This document shows, piece by piece, positions 17,515-26,846 of a stretch of 64,000 bases of DNA. The notes below the pieces were generated by a model. The model did not search any database, was not told the origin of the DNA, and saw only the letters and a program-made list of their open reading frames with translations. Every line of letters starts with the position of its first letter. Within the stretch, counting starts at the first letter, position 1. The position numbers and the translations under genes are program-made. Origin of the DNA: Bacteroidales bacterium (lineage in GTDB: Bacteria; Bacteroidota; Bacteroidia; Bacteroidales; Lentimicrobiaceae); assembly GCA_024636955.1 (NCBI GenBank), contig JAGXGB010000026.1, forward strand, positions 42,757 through 106,756. The letters are read 5' to 3'.

Positions 17515-18615
17515 TTACTTCTTCTCTTCTTCCTGTGCTATCTGGATCTTTATCTTCTCTTTGTTGCTTAGCCCACTGAGCACTTCAACATTCAATCCAT
17601 CACTTAAACCTGTTTTTATAATCCGCTTCTCAAAAACATCAGGGGAAGTTTCAATTTCAACCCAGGCTGTATCTTCATCGAACTTTAACAAGCTTTCCTG
17701 AATGGCAAGCACGCTATCGCGCTTTTCGAGAACTATATCAGCATTTGCGCTATATCCGGCTCTTATGAATTGGTTTTCTTTAAGCACAACCGCTGCTCTA
17801 ATCTCGAATTGTATGGCTCCGTTCTCTTCAACTCCTTTTGGTGAAATATGTTCAAGTTTTGCTGTGAATTTCTCTGTATCAATAGCACCAACAGTCATTA
17901 TAAGTTCCATGCCCTGGTGAAGCTTACCAACTTCTGATTCATCCACTTTTCCTTTGAATATCATCTCGCCCATATCAGCTACAGTTGCTATGGTTGTACC
18001 ATCATTAAATGTATTGCTTTCAATTACCGAATTACCGATTTCAACGGGAACTGTAAGCACCATGCCATCAATAGTTGACCTGATAATTGTGTTGCTTGAT
18101 TCACCTGCCCTTTTGGTTATGCCTTCACGAATAAGCTGCAAGTTGTTTTCAGCTGCATCTACACTTTCTTTGGCAGTTTTGAGTGCAAGGTCAAAATTTT
18201 GCAACTCAGCAGAAGCAATCACTTTGTTGTCAAATAATGACTTTTGCCTGGTGTAATTCTTTTGAGCATCATCATATGCAAGTCTGGCACGATTTAATCT
18301 TGATTCAGCTTCGTTCAGGCTAATCATATTAGGGATAATGCGGACTTTAGCTATCATAGCGCCACGTTTTACAATCTCACCTGGTTCTACAAAAAGCTCT
18401 GCTACAATACCTGAAACTTGAGGTTTTATCTCAATCTCTTTCCTGGGCACAATTTTACCTGTAGCAACCGTTTTCTTAACAATATTAGTCACTTGTGCGC
18501 TAGTTGTTTCATACTTAACCGGTTTAGCAGCCGACTTTTTATATAGATAGACAATGGTGCCGCCAAAGACGACGAGAATAATTACTCCAACTAAAATTTT
18601 CAATGCGGTTCTCAT
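17515..18615 (-). CDS. Efflux periplasmic adaptor (HlyD/MacA-type membrane fusion protein)
   Basis: 366 aa. It has an N-terminal TM anchor, a coiled-coil-rich middle and a beta-barrel C-terminal part. It is the last gene of the ABC efflux operon. Confidence 0.8.
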   Translation of the reverse strand: MRTALKILVGVIILVVFGGTIVYLYKKSAAKPVKYETTSAQVTNIVKKTVATGKIVPRKEIEIKPQVSGIVAELFVEPGEIVKRGAMIAKVRIIPNMISLNEAESRLNRARLAYDDAQKNYTRQKSLFDNKVIASAELQNFDLALKTAKESVDAAENNLQLIREGITKRAGESSNTIIRSTIDGMVLTVPVEIGNSVIESNTFNDGTTIATVADMGEMIFKGKVDESEVGKLHQGMELIMTVGAIDTEKFTAKLEHISPKGVEENGAIQFEIRAAVVLKENQFIRAGYSANADIVLEKRDSVLAIQESLLKFDEDTAWVEIETSPDVFEKRIIKTGLSDGLNVEVLSGLSNKEKIKIQIAQEEEKK

Positions 18616-18692
18616 GCTTCAACTTTTATAAGATTTCATTATTGCTTTGATTGTGACCATTTCTTTCAACTTAATTCACCTGAAGGTGATTA

Positions 18693-19961
18693 TTATTCAT
18701 ATCGTAATGCATCTATCGGCTTAATGCTTACAGCCTTTCTTGCAGGAATCCATCCTGCAATTGCTCCCGAGATTACTAAAACTGCAAGGGCAATAATGGC
18801 CATATTAAAATCAATACCGGGGTTTTTAAACATAGTATTCTCAGATGCTTCACCTGATAGCAGCATCTTGTTTAACAACTCAAGCAGTCCCACACTAATA
18901 ACCAATCCAACATAACCAGCAAATGTGGTAAGAAATACCGATTCGGTTATTATCTGAGAAATTATCTTGAATGGTGAAGCTCCGATTGCACGCTGAATAC
19001 CTATCTCTTTAGTTCTTTCCTTCACAATAACCAACATAATGTTACTGATACCTATAACACCTGCAAGCAGTGTTCCAATCCCTACTATCCAAATCAATCC
19101 ATTAATGCCTTGAAATAAGCCAGTCATCTGGTTATATTGCTTCTCAAGGTTAAAAGAACCTATAGCTTGCGCATCCTCGGGAGATACAAGATGCCGCCGT
19201 CTTAACAGGGCGCTGGCTTTTTCTTCCACCACTGATGCTGGCACTCCATCTTTTGATGTAAATGCAAACCAACCAATTACATCGCCCCAGTTATACACCC
19301 GTTGAAAAGTGGTTAACGGCATATATATGGTTTGCTCCTTATCTCCGCCGAAGTTTATACCCGAATTCATTGGTTTAAATGTACCTATTACCTGAAAGTA
19401 AATACCTTGTAACTGAATATATTGTCCAATAGCATTCTCGCCTGGCTCAAACAAAATTTCCTGAACTTTCTTCCCTATAACTGCAACTTTACGTTTCTCC
19501 TTGAGATCAGCATTGTTAAGAAAGCGTCCACTTGTAATAATAACCGGATCAATTTCATTCCACTCAGGGTAATCACCCATAATTGAAAAAGCACCTGATT
19601 TAGAACCTCTTATTACATTATTGCCTCCCTGAAAGCCTCCACCTTGTGTACGAGGCGATAGAATATCTATTTCAGGGATCTCTTTTTTAAGGGCAGCAAC
19701 ATCATCCATCTTGAAATTATAGTTTCGGCCCCTTGGCAGACCTTTATAAGGAATAGTTGTATTACGGGTCCACATAAATACACTGTTAGTAGCAAAATCA
19801 CCAAAGTCACTTGTAACACCATTACGTAAACCATTGCCTGCACCAAGCATAACAATCAACATAAAGATACCCCAGAACACACCAAAAGCGGTTAAAAAGG
19901 TGCGCATCTTGTTTTTCTTAAGTGCGCTCATTATCTCTTGCCAACGATCAAGATCAAACAT
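18693..19961 (-). CDS. ABC transporter permease, MacB/FtsX-like (paralogue 2)
   Basis: 422 aa. N-terminus MFDLDRWQEIMSALKKNKMRTFLTAFGVFWGI, a large periplasmic domain and a C-terminal FtsX block (ERTKEIGIQRAIGAS). Confidence 0.85.
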   Translation of the reverse strand: MFDLDRWQEIMSALKKNKMRTFLTAFGVFWGIFMLIVMLGAGNGLRNGVTSDFGDFATNSVFMWTRNTTIPYKGLPRGRNYNFKMDDVAALKKEIPEIDILSPRTQGGGFQGGNNVIRGSKSGAFSIMGDYPEWNEIDPVIITSGRFLNNADLKEKRKVAVIGKKVQEILFEPGENAIGQYIQLQGIYFQVIGTFKPMNSGINFGGDKEQTIYMPLTTFQRVYNWGDVIGWFAFTSKDGVPASVVEEKASALLRRRHLVSPEDAQAIGSFNLEKQYNQMTGLFQGINGLIWIVGIGTLLAGVIGISNIMLVIVKERTKEIGIQRAIGASPFKIISQIITESVFLTTFAGYVGLVISVGLLELLNKMLLSGEASENTMFKNPGIDFNMAIIALAVLVISGAIAGWIPARKAVSIKPIDALRYE

Positions 19962-20003
19962 TTTGTATTTTTAAATTAATGTTGATTCTTTTTATAATTA
20001 CAC

Positions 20004-21236
20004 TTACTCATCCCTCAGAGCTTCAATAGGTTTAATAGCAGCAGCTTTCCTGGCCGGAATAAAACCTGCCACTGCACCACTCACAACTAAAAGTATTAGT
20101 GCATAGATTGCAACACTTAAATCTACTTCGGGTTGTGAGAAAAAGCTTGATTCTATCTTTGACCCAATTGTTTCTAATAATACCACTCCAAGCACTAATC
20201 CCACATATCCCGCAAAAGAAGTAATAAGTATAGCTTCCTGTAAAACAAGACTTATAATACTCCATGGTGTTGCTCCCATTGCCTTGCGGATTCCAATTTC
20301 TTTTGTGCGGTCCTTTACAACTATCATCATAATGTTGCTTACACCTACAATCCCGGCTATGATAGTGCCGAAACCTATGATCCAGATAAAAAGCCGTATA
20401 CCGGCAAAAAGTTTATTGAACTTAGTGAATTCTTCAACACTATTCCACGATCCTATTGCACGTGGGTCATTAACATCAAAAGTATGAAGCTTTGCAAGCT
20501 TTGCTTTTACTGATTGCTCGATAGCTTTGCTCTCTTCAGCAGTTGCATCACCAACAGTTATTGCAATTGTATTTATGCGGTTATCACTTGAAAAAACACG
20601 CTGGGCTGTCGACATAGGAATATATATCATCCTCATGTTATCATCCCTGCCGTCATCATCAGTAAACACACCTACAACTTTAAAAGGAATGCCATTTACC
20701 TGAATATACTCGCCCAGTGCGGGACTGCCTTTAAAAAGCGCCTCAAGCACTTGTGTACTGATAATAGTTACTTTCCTGAATTGCGCAATGTCAGTATTAT
20801 TAATGAACCTTCCCTGGGTAATGCCCAGTTTTTCAATAAACTGATAGTCAGGATAAACAGTGCGAATGTTAAATGTTCCATATTGTTTCTTATAAGATAA
20901 TGTGTTACTCCCCCACATGTTGTATCTGGGAGAGCTCATGTCAATTCCTTTTACTGTTCTTTTTATTTCAAAATAATCATCATTCTTCATTTGTATGTTC
21001 CGGCCCGGCTTCATTCCTTTATAAGGTAAGCTTGTTTGCCCACTCCATATCCATATTGTATTGGTAGCTGAAGATGCAAACTCTTTCTGCACACCATTTT
21101 CAAGTCCGTTTCCTGATCCAAGCAGGATAATAAGCATGAAAATACCCCATGCCACGCTAAAGCCTGTTAGAAAAGTCCGAAGCTTATTTTTTCTAATGGT
21201 ACTTAGTATTTCATTCCATTTATCCAGATCTAACAT
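20004..21236 (-). CDS. ABC transporter permease, MacB/FtsX-like (paralogue 1)
   Basis: 410 aa with the same architecture as its neighbour (DRTKEIGIRKAMGAT). Confidence 0.85.
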   Translation of the reverse strand: MLDLDKWNEILSTIRKNKLRTFLTGFSVAWGIFMLIILLGSGNGLENGVQKEFASSATNTIWIWSGQTSLPYKGMKPGRNIQMKNDDYFEIKRTVKGIDMSSPRYNMWGSNTLSYKKQYGTFNIRTVYPDYQFIEKLGITQGRFINNTDIAQFRKVTIISTQVLEALFKGSPALGEYIQVNGIPFKVVGVFTDDDGRDDNMRMIYIPMSTAQRVFSSDNRINTIAITVGDATAEESKAIEQSVKAKLAKLHTFDVNDPRAIGSWNSVEEFTKFNKLFAGIRLFIWIIGFGTIIAGIVGVSNIMMIVVKDRTKEIGIRKAMGATPWSIISLVLQEAILITSFAGYVGLVLGVVLLETIGSKIESSFFSQPEVDLSVAIYALILLVVSGAVAGFIPARKAAAIKPIEALRDE

Positions 21237-21259
21237 GGGTGACGCTTTTAATAATTTGA

Positions 21260-21976
21260 TCAGATTCTTGGAGTATTCTGGAAACTTTCCTGATGTGATT
21301 GACCATTCAGGAGCTCTCGTTCTATTAAACCATCTTTTAGATGAATTATGCGCTTAGTCATATGTGCAATATCATTTTCATGCGTTACAATAATGATAGT
21401 GATTCCTTCCGCATTTATTTCTTTTAATATTTGCATTACTTCATAACTGGTAGTTGTATCAAGTGCACCAGTGGGTTCATCAGCAAGTATAACCTTTGGC
21501 TTTGAAATTAAAGCCCTTGCAATTGCAATACGCTGTTTCTGCCCACCTGATAATTCGTTAGGCATGTGCTCAGCCCAATCCTTCAACCCCATGCGCTCAA
21601 GGTATTCCATTGCTATGTTGTTTCGCTTCTTGCGACTAACATTCTGATAATACAGCGGTAAGGCCACATTCTCCATAGCGTTTTTGAAAGAAATGAGGTT
21701 AAATGACTGGAATACAAAACCAATATACTTGTTTCTGAGCCCAGCAGCTTTTGTCTCAGTTTGATTCCTAATGAGCGTATTATCAAGATAATAGTCGCCA
21801 TTATCGTACTCATCAAGGATACCAATGATGTTAAGCAGCGTAGACTTTCCTGAACCTGACGATCCCATAATAGATACAAATTCGCCTGATTCTATCTTTA
21901 GGTCAATTCCCTTTAATACGTGCAATGTATTATAACCTGTTACATACGACTTATTGAGATTTTTTAGTTCTATCAT
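21260..21976 (-). CDS. ABC transporter ATP-binding protein (MacB/LolD-type)
   Basis: Walker A GSSGSGKST, signature LSGGQKQRIAIARA, Walker B ILADEPTGALD. I trimmed the start to MIELKNL from the ORF-track 22000. Confidence 0.9.
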   Translation of the reverse strand: MIELKNLNKSYVTGYNTLHVLKGIDLKIESGEFVSIMGSSGSGKSTLLNIIGILDEYDNGDYYLDNTLIRNQTETKAAGLRNKYIGFVFQSFNLISFKNAMENVALPLYYQNVSRKKRNNIAMEYLERMGLKDWAEHMPNELSGGQKQRIAIARALISKPKVILADEPTGALDTTTSYEVMQILKEINAEGITIIIVTHENDIAHMTKRIIHLKDGLIERELLNGQSHQESFQNTPRI

Positions 21977-22221
21977 GGTGATTATGAAAAAAGATACCAT
22001 TACATTTTTTGTGCCAAATCCTGAAATCCTTGATACTAAAGGTTTTAGGGAGGATCAAGCCTTCACATATTCAATTAAGTGTTCGCCTTCGAACGACTGA
22101 TTGCTTTAAAATGAACACTTCCAGTAGTGTGTTGAGCATTTTAATAATCACTGCATTAATAAACAAAAACGCTTCACATTACAATTTGTTATTATCAGTT
22201 AGTACGGCAAAGGAAAAATCC

Positions 22222-22229
22222 TATATTTG
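22222..22229 (+). promoter_or_regulatory. Candidate -7 box TAtaTTTG for the amino-acid permease gene
   Basis: Exact TAnnTTTG 23 nt upstream of the TTG start at 22252. Confidence 0.4.
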
Positions 22230-22251
22230 ACCTGAAAAAAAATATCAGCTC

Positions 22252-23994
22252 TTGCGATTTAAATCTTATTTCCGAAGAAAGTCTGTTGATATGATTCTTG
22301 CCAATGCAGCGCATGAGCGAGAATCAGGAGGACAAATGCGGAAAGATCTGGGAGTGCGTGATCTTACCTCGCTCGGCATCGCCGCCATTGTAGGTGCAGG
22401 CATCTTCAGTACTATTGGTAATGCCGCAGCCGCAGGGGGACCTGCAGTTTCCTTATTATTTGTTTTTTCAGCTATAGCCTGCGGTTTTTCAGCGCTTTGT
22501 TATGCACAATTTGCATCATCCATTCCACTAAGTGGAAGTGCCTACACATACGCTTATGCCAGCTTTGGTGAACTTGTTGCATGGATTATAGGCTGGGATC
22601 TTATCATGGAGTATGCTGTAGGAAATATTGCAGTTGCCATTTCATGGTCCGGTTACTTTGTTGGGTTAATGTCAGGTCTGGGAGTATCAATACCCGATTA
22701 TCTGGCAATTGACTATCTGAGTGCATCACGTGGATTTGCAATGGCAAATGAACTTATTGCACAGGGCAGCTTGCTAAGCAATTTGCCGGGTGAAGTTGCT
22801 GAAGCTTACAATGCCTGGGTCACCGCTCCGCAAATTGGAGGAATCAGGCTCATAGCTGATATTCCTGCTTTTGCCATTGTTGTAGCAATTACATGGTTGG
22901 TATATAGAGGCATCAGGGAATCAAAAACTGCCGGTAATATAATGGTTGTGCTTAAAATAGTAATACTCATTATGGTTATTGCCGTAGGCAGTTTTTATGT
23001 AGATCCTGAAAACTGGTCTCCTTTTGCTCCTAACGGTATAACCGGGGTTTTAAAGGGAGTTTCAGGGGTTTTCTTTGCTTATATTGGCTTTGATGCAATA
23101 TCTACTACTGCTGAAGAGTGCAAAAATCCTCAAAGGGATTTACCACGGTCAATGATATATTCGCTGGTCATAACCACCATTCTTTATGTTGCCATTAGTC
23201 TTGTTCTAACAGGTATGGTGAGCTATCACCTTCTTGGCGTGTCTGACCCTTTGGCTTTTGTATTTGACCAGCTTAACCTGGCAGGTCTATCGGGTATTGT
23301 TGCATTAAGTGCAGTTATTGCCATGGCCAGTGTATTGCTTGTATTCCAGGTAGGTCAACCACGAATCTGGATGAGCATGAGCCGGGATGGTCTGTTGCCT
23401 CCACGATTTTCACGATTGCATCCCAAATATCGTACTCCCGGATTCTCAACAATAATTACAGGCATACTCGTGGCAGTTCCTTCACTCTTTTTGAATCTTA
23501 CTGAAGTAACTGACCTCACAAGCATAGGTACACTGTTTGCTTTTGTGCTCGTATCAGGAGGAATACTTATACTTGATGGACGCAAAACACCTGTAGGTAA
23601 TTTGGGTGGCAAAGGCACAGGCAAGTTTAGAGTGCCATATTTTGATAGTCGCATATGGTTGCCGGTTATTTGGCTTGGATTAATAGTGATCATGACAATG
23701 ATTGATACAGAGCCCCTGCAAGATCTTTTCAATTTCGACAAGCAACCATCAGAATCATTCTGGGATGTAGTAAAGCACAAAATTCCCCATTATTCTTTCC
23801 TCATCGTAGCCATATCAGTCACCATTGCAGGAATTGCCAAACGCCTTTCTCTAATCCCCGTATTGGGCTTGATAACAAATTTCTACCTTATGTCGCAATT
23901 AGGAATTACTAACTGGTTGCGCTTTCTTGTATGGTTGCTTATTGGACTAATTATTTACTTTGCATACGGGGCAAGAAAGAGTAAATTACAATAA
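22252..23994 (+). CDS. APC-superfamily amino-acid permease (cationic amino-acid transporter-like)
   Basis: 580 aa with about 12-14 TM segments. N-terminus FRRKSVDMIL...LGVRDLTSLGIAAIVGAGIF is typical of this family. The TTG start is implied because the conserved N-terminus precedes the first ATG. Confidence 0.8.
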   Translation: MRFKSYFRRKSVDMILANAAHERESGGQMRKDLGVRDLTSLGIAAIVGAGIFSTIGNAAAAGGPAVSLLFVFSAIACGFSALCYAQFASSIPLSGSAYTYAYASFGELVAWIIGWDLIMEYAVGNIAVAISWSGYFVGLMSGLGVSIPDYLAIDYLSASRGFAMANELIAQGSLLSNLPGEVAEAYNAWVTAPQIGGIRLIADIPAFAIVVAITWLVYRGIRESKTAGNIMVVLKIVILIMVIAVGSFYVDPENWSPFAPNGITGVLKGVSGVFFAYIGFDAISTTAEECKNPQRDLPRSMIYSLVITTILYVAISLVLTGMVSYHLLGVSDPLAFVFDQLNLAGLSGIVALSAVIAMASVLLVFQVGQPRIWMSMSRDGLLPPRFSRLHPKYRTPGFSTIITGILVAVPSLFLNLTEVTDLTSIGTLFAFVLVSGGILILDGRKTPVGNLGGKGTGKFRVPYFDSRIWLPVIWLGLIVIMTMIDTEPLQDLFNFDKQPSESFWDVVKHKIPHYSFLIVAISVTIAGIAKRLSLIPVLGLITNFYLMSQLGITNWLRFLVWLLIGLIIYFAYGARKSKLQ

Positions 23995-24118
23995 TCATCC
24001 CCCCTTTTAGCACTTTCGTCGCTGATCATTTCACCCCGGTCATCTTTCATTTTCGTAGCCTTGATGGTCACAATACCTTTGCTGCATCAAAAAAACATCA
24101 AACCTAAAATTAAGAACA

Positions 24119-24712
24119 ATGAAAACTAAAGCATCTATTTTACTCGCACTGGTATTATTAATCAGCACCAATGGCTTTGCACAGGATCTGGTTAAAGAAA
24201 AAAAGTTTGGATTCGAATTAAATGGTGGCGCTTCATTTGCCATCAGTGAGCCTGATGACACACATTTCTTACCGGGATTCGGTTTTGAAGGAGTGTTACA
24301 TTACACTTTCACTAAGAATTTTGGCATCTACGCAGGTTGGGGATACAATGATTTATTTGCCGACAAATCATTTTTGGGTACTGACAAAGACTTCGAAGAA
24401 ACAGGTTATATTGTTGGAATACAGTATATGCATCCTCTTGAAAACACTAGCATCAAACCTTTCCTCAGAACAGGCATTTTGTATAATCATATTGAGATAG
24501 AAGATAATGACGGTAACATAATAAAAGATTCAGGCCATGGTGTAGGTATTCAAATTGCAACAGGCGTTGATATCCCTCTTGGATCAAACTGGCATCTTAG
24601 CCCTGGTATCAAAGTAAACTGTTTATCAAGAGATATCACAATGGAAAGTGTTAAGCAAACAGTTGACTACCGATACATGCAGGTACGGGTCGGGATAATG
24701 AAAAAGTTCTGA
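24119..24712 (+). CDS. Small outer-membrane beta-barrel protein
   Basis: 197 aa. Signal peptide ending GFAQ, alternating beta-strand pattern and a C-terminal Phe. Confidence 0.6.
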   Translation: MKTKASILLALVLLISTNGFAQDLVKEKKFGFELNGGASFAISEPDDTHFLPGFGFEGVLHYTFTKNFGIYAGWGYNDLFADKSFLGTDKDFEETGYIVGIQYMHPLENTSIKPFLRTGILYNHIEIEDNDGNIIKDSGHGVGIQIATGVDIPLGSNWHLSPGIKVNCLSRDITMESVKQTVDYRYMQVRVGIMKKF

Positions 24713-24810
24713 TTTGCAAATTGATCTTTTTCAGATCACTCTTGAGTTATTCTATTGAAATATAGTTACCAAATGGGAGGTTAACAATAAAAATAATTGA
24801 AACAGGTAGA

Positions 24811-24846
24811 AGAAAGATTCATTTATGCAAACAGATGAATCTTTCT
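24811..24846 (+). terminator. Hairpin downstream of the OMP gene (possible terminator)
   Basis: 12-bp perfect stem AGAAAGATTCAT / ATGAATCTTTCT (24811-24822 / 24835-24846) with a 12-nt loop and no clean T-run. Confidence 0.35.
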
Positions 24847-24850
24847 ATCT

Positions 24851-24858
24851 TACTTTTG
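24851..24858 (+). promoter_or_regulatory. Candidate -7 box TActTTTG for the LytS/LytTR operon
   Basis: Exact TAnnTTTG 52 nt upstream of ATG 24910. Confidence 0.35.
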
Positions 24859-24909
24859 TATATGTAACACCATCTCCCTTATTTTCTAACAGCCATTAGT
24901 TACACATAA

Positions 24910-25995
24910 ATGATATTAAAAAAGGTTGATCGAATAATGCCGCTTCGTAAGCTATTTAAGCTAATTATCTCATTGGCCGCTTCAATCCAGATTATCCTGA
25001 TCCTTTATAACCATTATACGGGATTTTACGTGCTTAGCGGACTTTTGCATTTTATTCAACGACTCTCCTTAGGACTTATACTTAGTACGATAGCCGGTTA
25101 CATGATTACAATTCCTGACCTTTTAATAATCGACTTTCTTAACCGGAAGTTTCCATGGAATCGCAGGATACTTGCAAGGGCCGGGTTACAATTTTCCTTT
25201 GCCATTGTGTTTGCAGTTATCGCTGCCGCAACCATAACCGTAATATCACATTCATTGGGACCATACAAGGAAGGCCTTGTAAGGATAATTTGGCTCAATG
25301 CACTTATTGCTTCCGTAGTTAACATAATCGTGATGGCAATACTTGAAGCACTACTCTATTTTGATGAAAGCAATCAGGCCAAAAACAAAGCTGAAGTACT
25401 TGAGCGTGAACTATTCCGTATTAGATTTGAAGTATTGAAAAATCAAATCAATCCGCATTTTATGTTCAACAGTTTAAATGTACTGTCTGGTCTTGTTGAT
25501 AAGGATGTTGAAAAGGCACAGGTTTTTATAGGCGAGTTTGCTCATATATACAGATATGTGCTTGAAACAATCGAGAAGCAAGTTGTTACACTTGATGAAG
25601 AACTTGGTTTCGTGCGTTCCTATATTTACCTTCAACAAATCAGATATGGTGATGCCATTCAATTAGCAGTGAATGTTCCGGCTGAAATTCTAAAACTACT
25701 TATGCCCCCGCTTTCCTTGCAATTGGTACTTGAAAACGCCATTAAGCACAACATTATCAGCAGCACTCAACCACTATCAATAGAGATCTATTATGATAGC
25801 AAATGGCTGGTTGTGCGAAACAATATCCAATCAAAAGTATCAGCTGGCAGATCAACCGGAGTAGGGCAAAAGAATCTGACGAAACGCTACATGATGATAA
25901 CTAACCAGGTACCAGAGTTCAACGTAACAAATAATGATTACATTGTTAAACTTCCATTGATAGAAACTGAGTATGACGAACGTACTGATTATTGA
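24910..25995 (+). CDS. LytS/YehU-type sensor histidine kinase
   Basis: 361 aa. Several N-terminal TM segments, then the His_kinase block INPHFMFNSLN and an HATPase-like C-terminus. The start may instead be Met 24937. Confidence 0.8.
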   Translation: MILKKVDRIMPLRKLFKLIISLAASIQIILILYNHYTGFYVLSGLLHFIQRLSLGLILSTIAGYMITIPDLLIIDFLNRKFPWNRRILARAGLQFSFAIVFAVIAAATITVISHSLGPYKEGLVRIIWLNALIASVVNIIVMAILEALLYFDESNQAKNKAEVLERELFRIRFEVLKNQINPHFMFNSLNVLSGLVDKDVEKAQVFIGEFAHIYRYVLETIEKQVVTLDEELGFVRSYIYLQQIRYGDAIQLAVNVPAEILKLLMPPLSLQLVLENAIKHNIISSTQPLSIEIYYDSKWLVVRNNIQSKVSAGRSTGVGQKNLTKRYMMITNQVPEFNVTNNDYIVKLPLIETEYDERTDY

Positions 25996-26728
25996 AGATG
26001 AGAAATTAGCTGCTGAGCGACTGGAGAAATCGCTTAAGCAAATCGCCCCGGATTTCAACATATTAGCGAAATTGAGCTCTATCTCAGAGTCAGTAAAATG
26101 GCTGATACAACATAAGGCTGATCTCATATTCCTGGATATTCAACTATCTGATGGATTAAGCTTCAGTATTTTTGATAGTATCAGCATTACAACTCCCATA
26201 ATATTTACCACAGCTTACGATCAATACGCTATCAAAGCTTTCAAGCTTAACAGCATTTCATACTTACTTAAACCAATAAGAAAAGAGGAACTTGAAGAGG
26301 CATTGCAGAAATACCGAAACCTCAAACCCCCAACTCCAATTGATTTTGAGGGACTTCTTGCCGCAATACAAGGCAAACACGAATACCGAAAACGGTTCCT
26401 TATTCAAATTGGAGAGAAATTCAAAAAGATAGAAACAAGTGAGATAGCCTATTTTTATGCGTGTGAAAAAAGCGTTTACTTCAAAACCATTGATGGTACC
26501 AATTGCTCTTCAGAATATAGCCTTGATTCTCTTCAGGAGATGCTTGATCCTGAAGAGTTTTTTAGGATTAACCGCAAATATATAGTAGGCATGAAGAGCA
26601 TTAAGAGCATGGTAGCCTGGTCGCGAAGCAGGATAAAGATTGTTTTGCATCCTCAAGCGGATGATGAAATGGATACAATAGTAAGCATTGACCGTTCAGG
26701 GGATTTTAAGAGCTGGATGAACAGGTAA
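25973..26728 (+). CDS. LytR/AlgR-family response regulator (receiver + LytTR DNA-binding domain)
   Basis: 251 aa. Receiver domain (VLIIEDE, DLIFLDIQLSDG) plus a LytTR-type C-terminus. It overlaps the kinase gene by 23 nt. Confidence 0.85.
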   Translation: MTNVLIIEDEKLAAERLEKSLKQIAPDFNILAKLSSISESVKWLIQHKADLIFLDIQLSDGLSFSIFDSISITTPIIFTTAYDQYAIKAFKLNSISYLLKPIRKEELEEALQKYRNLKPPTPIDFEGLLAAIQGKHEYRKRFLIQIGEKFKKIETSEIAYFYACEKSVYFKTIDGTNCSSEYSLDSLQEMLDPEEFFRINRKYIVGMKSIKSMVAWSRSRIKIVLHPQADDEMDTIVSIDRSGDFKSWMNR

Positions 26729-26846
26729 TATCTGAAGCAACATATACCTCATTCTGAATGTAATAAAACAGTCTGATTGCTTACTTGCATAGTATAGCAG
26801 TGAACCAAATCCCTTATAAATCCGTCTTATATAGAAATACAATACC

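Noticed and set aside
22009-22230. A 73-aa ORF in the divergent intergenic region between the ABC efflux operon and the amino-acid permease gene.
   Set aside because: It has no recognisable motifs and an unconvincing composition. It overlaps the candidate permease promoter, so the region is more likely non-coding.
24040-24261. A 73-aa minus-strand ORF overlapping the start of the OMP gene, and a 92-aa plus-strand out-of-frame ORF at 24222-24500.
   Set aside because: Both overlap a gene with a clear signal peptide and beta-barrel pattern, and neither has supporting motifs.
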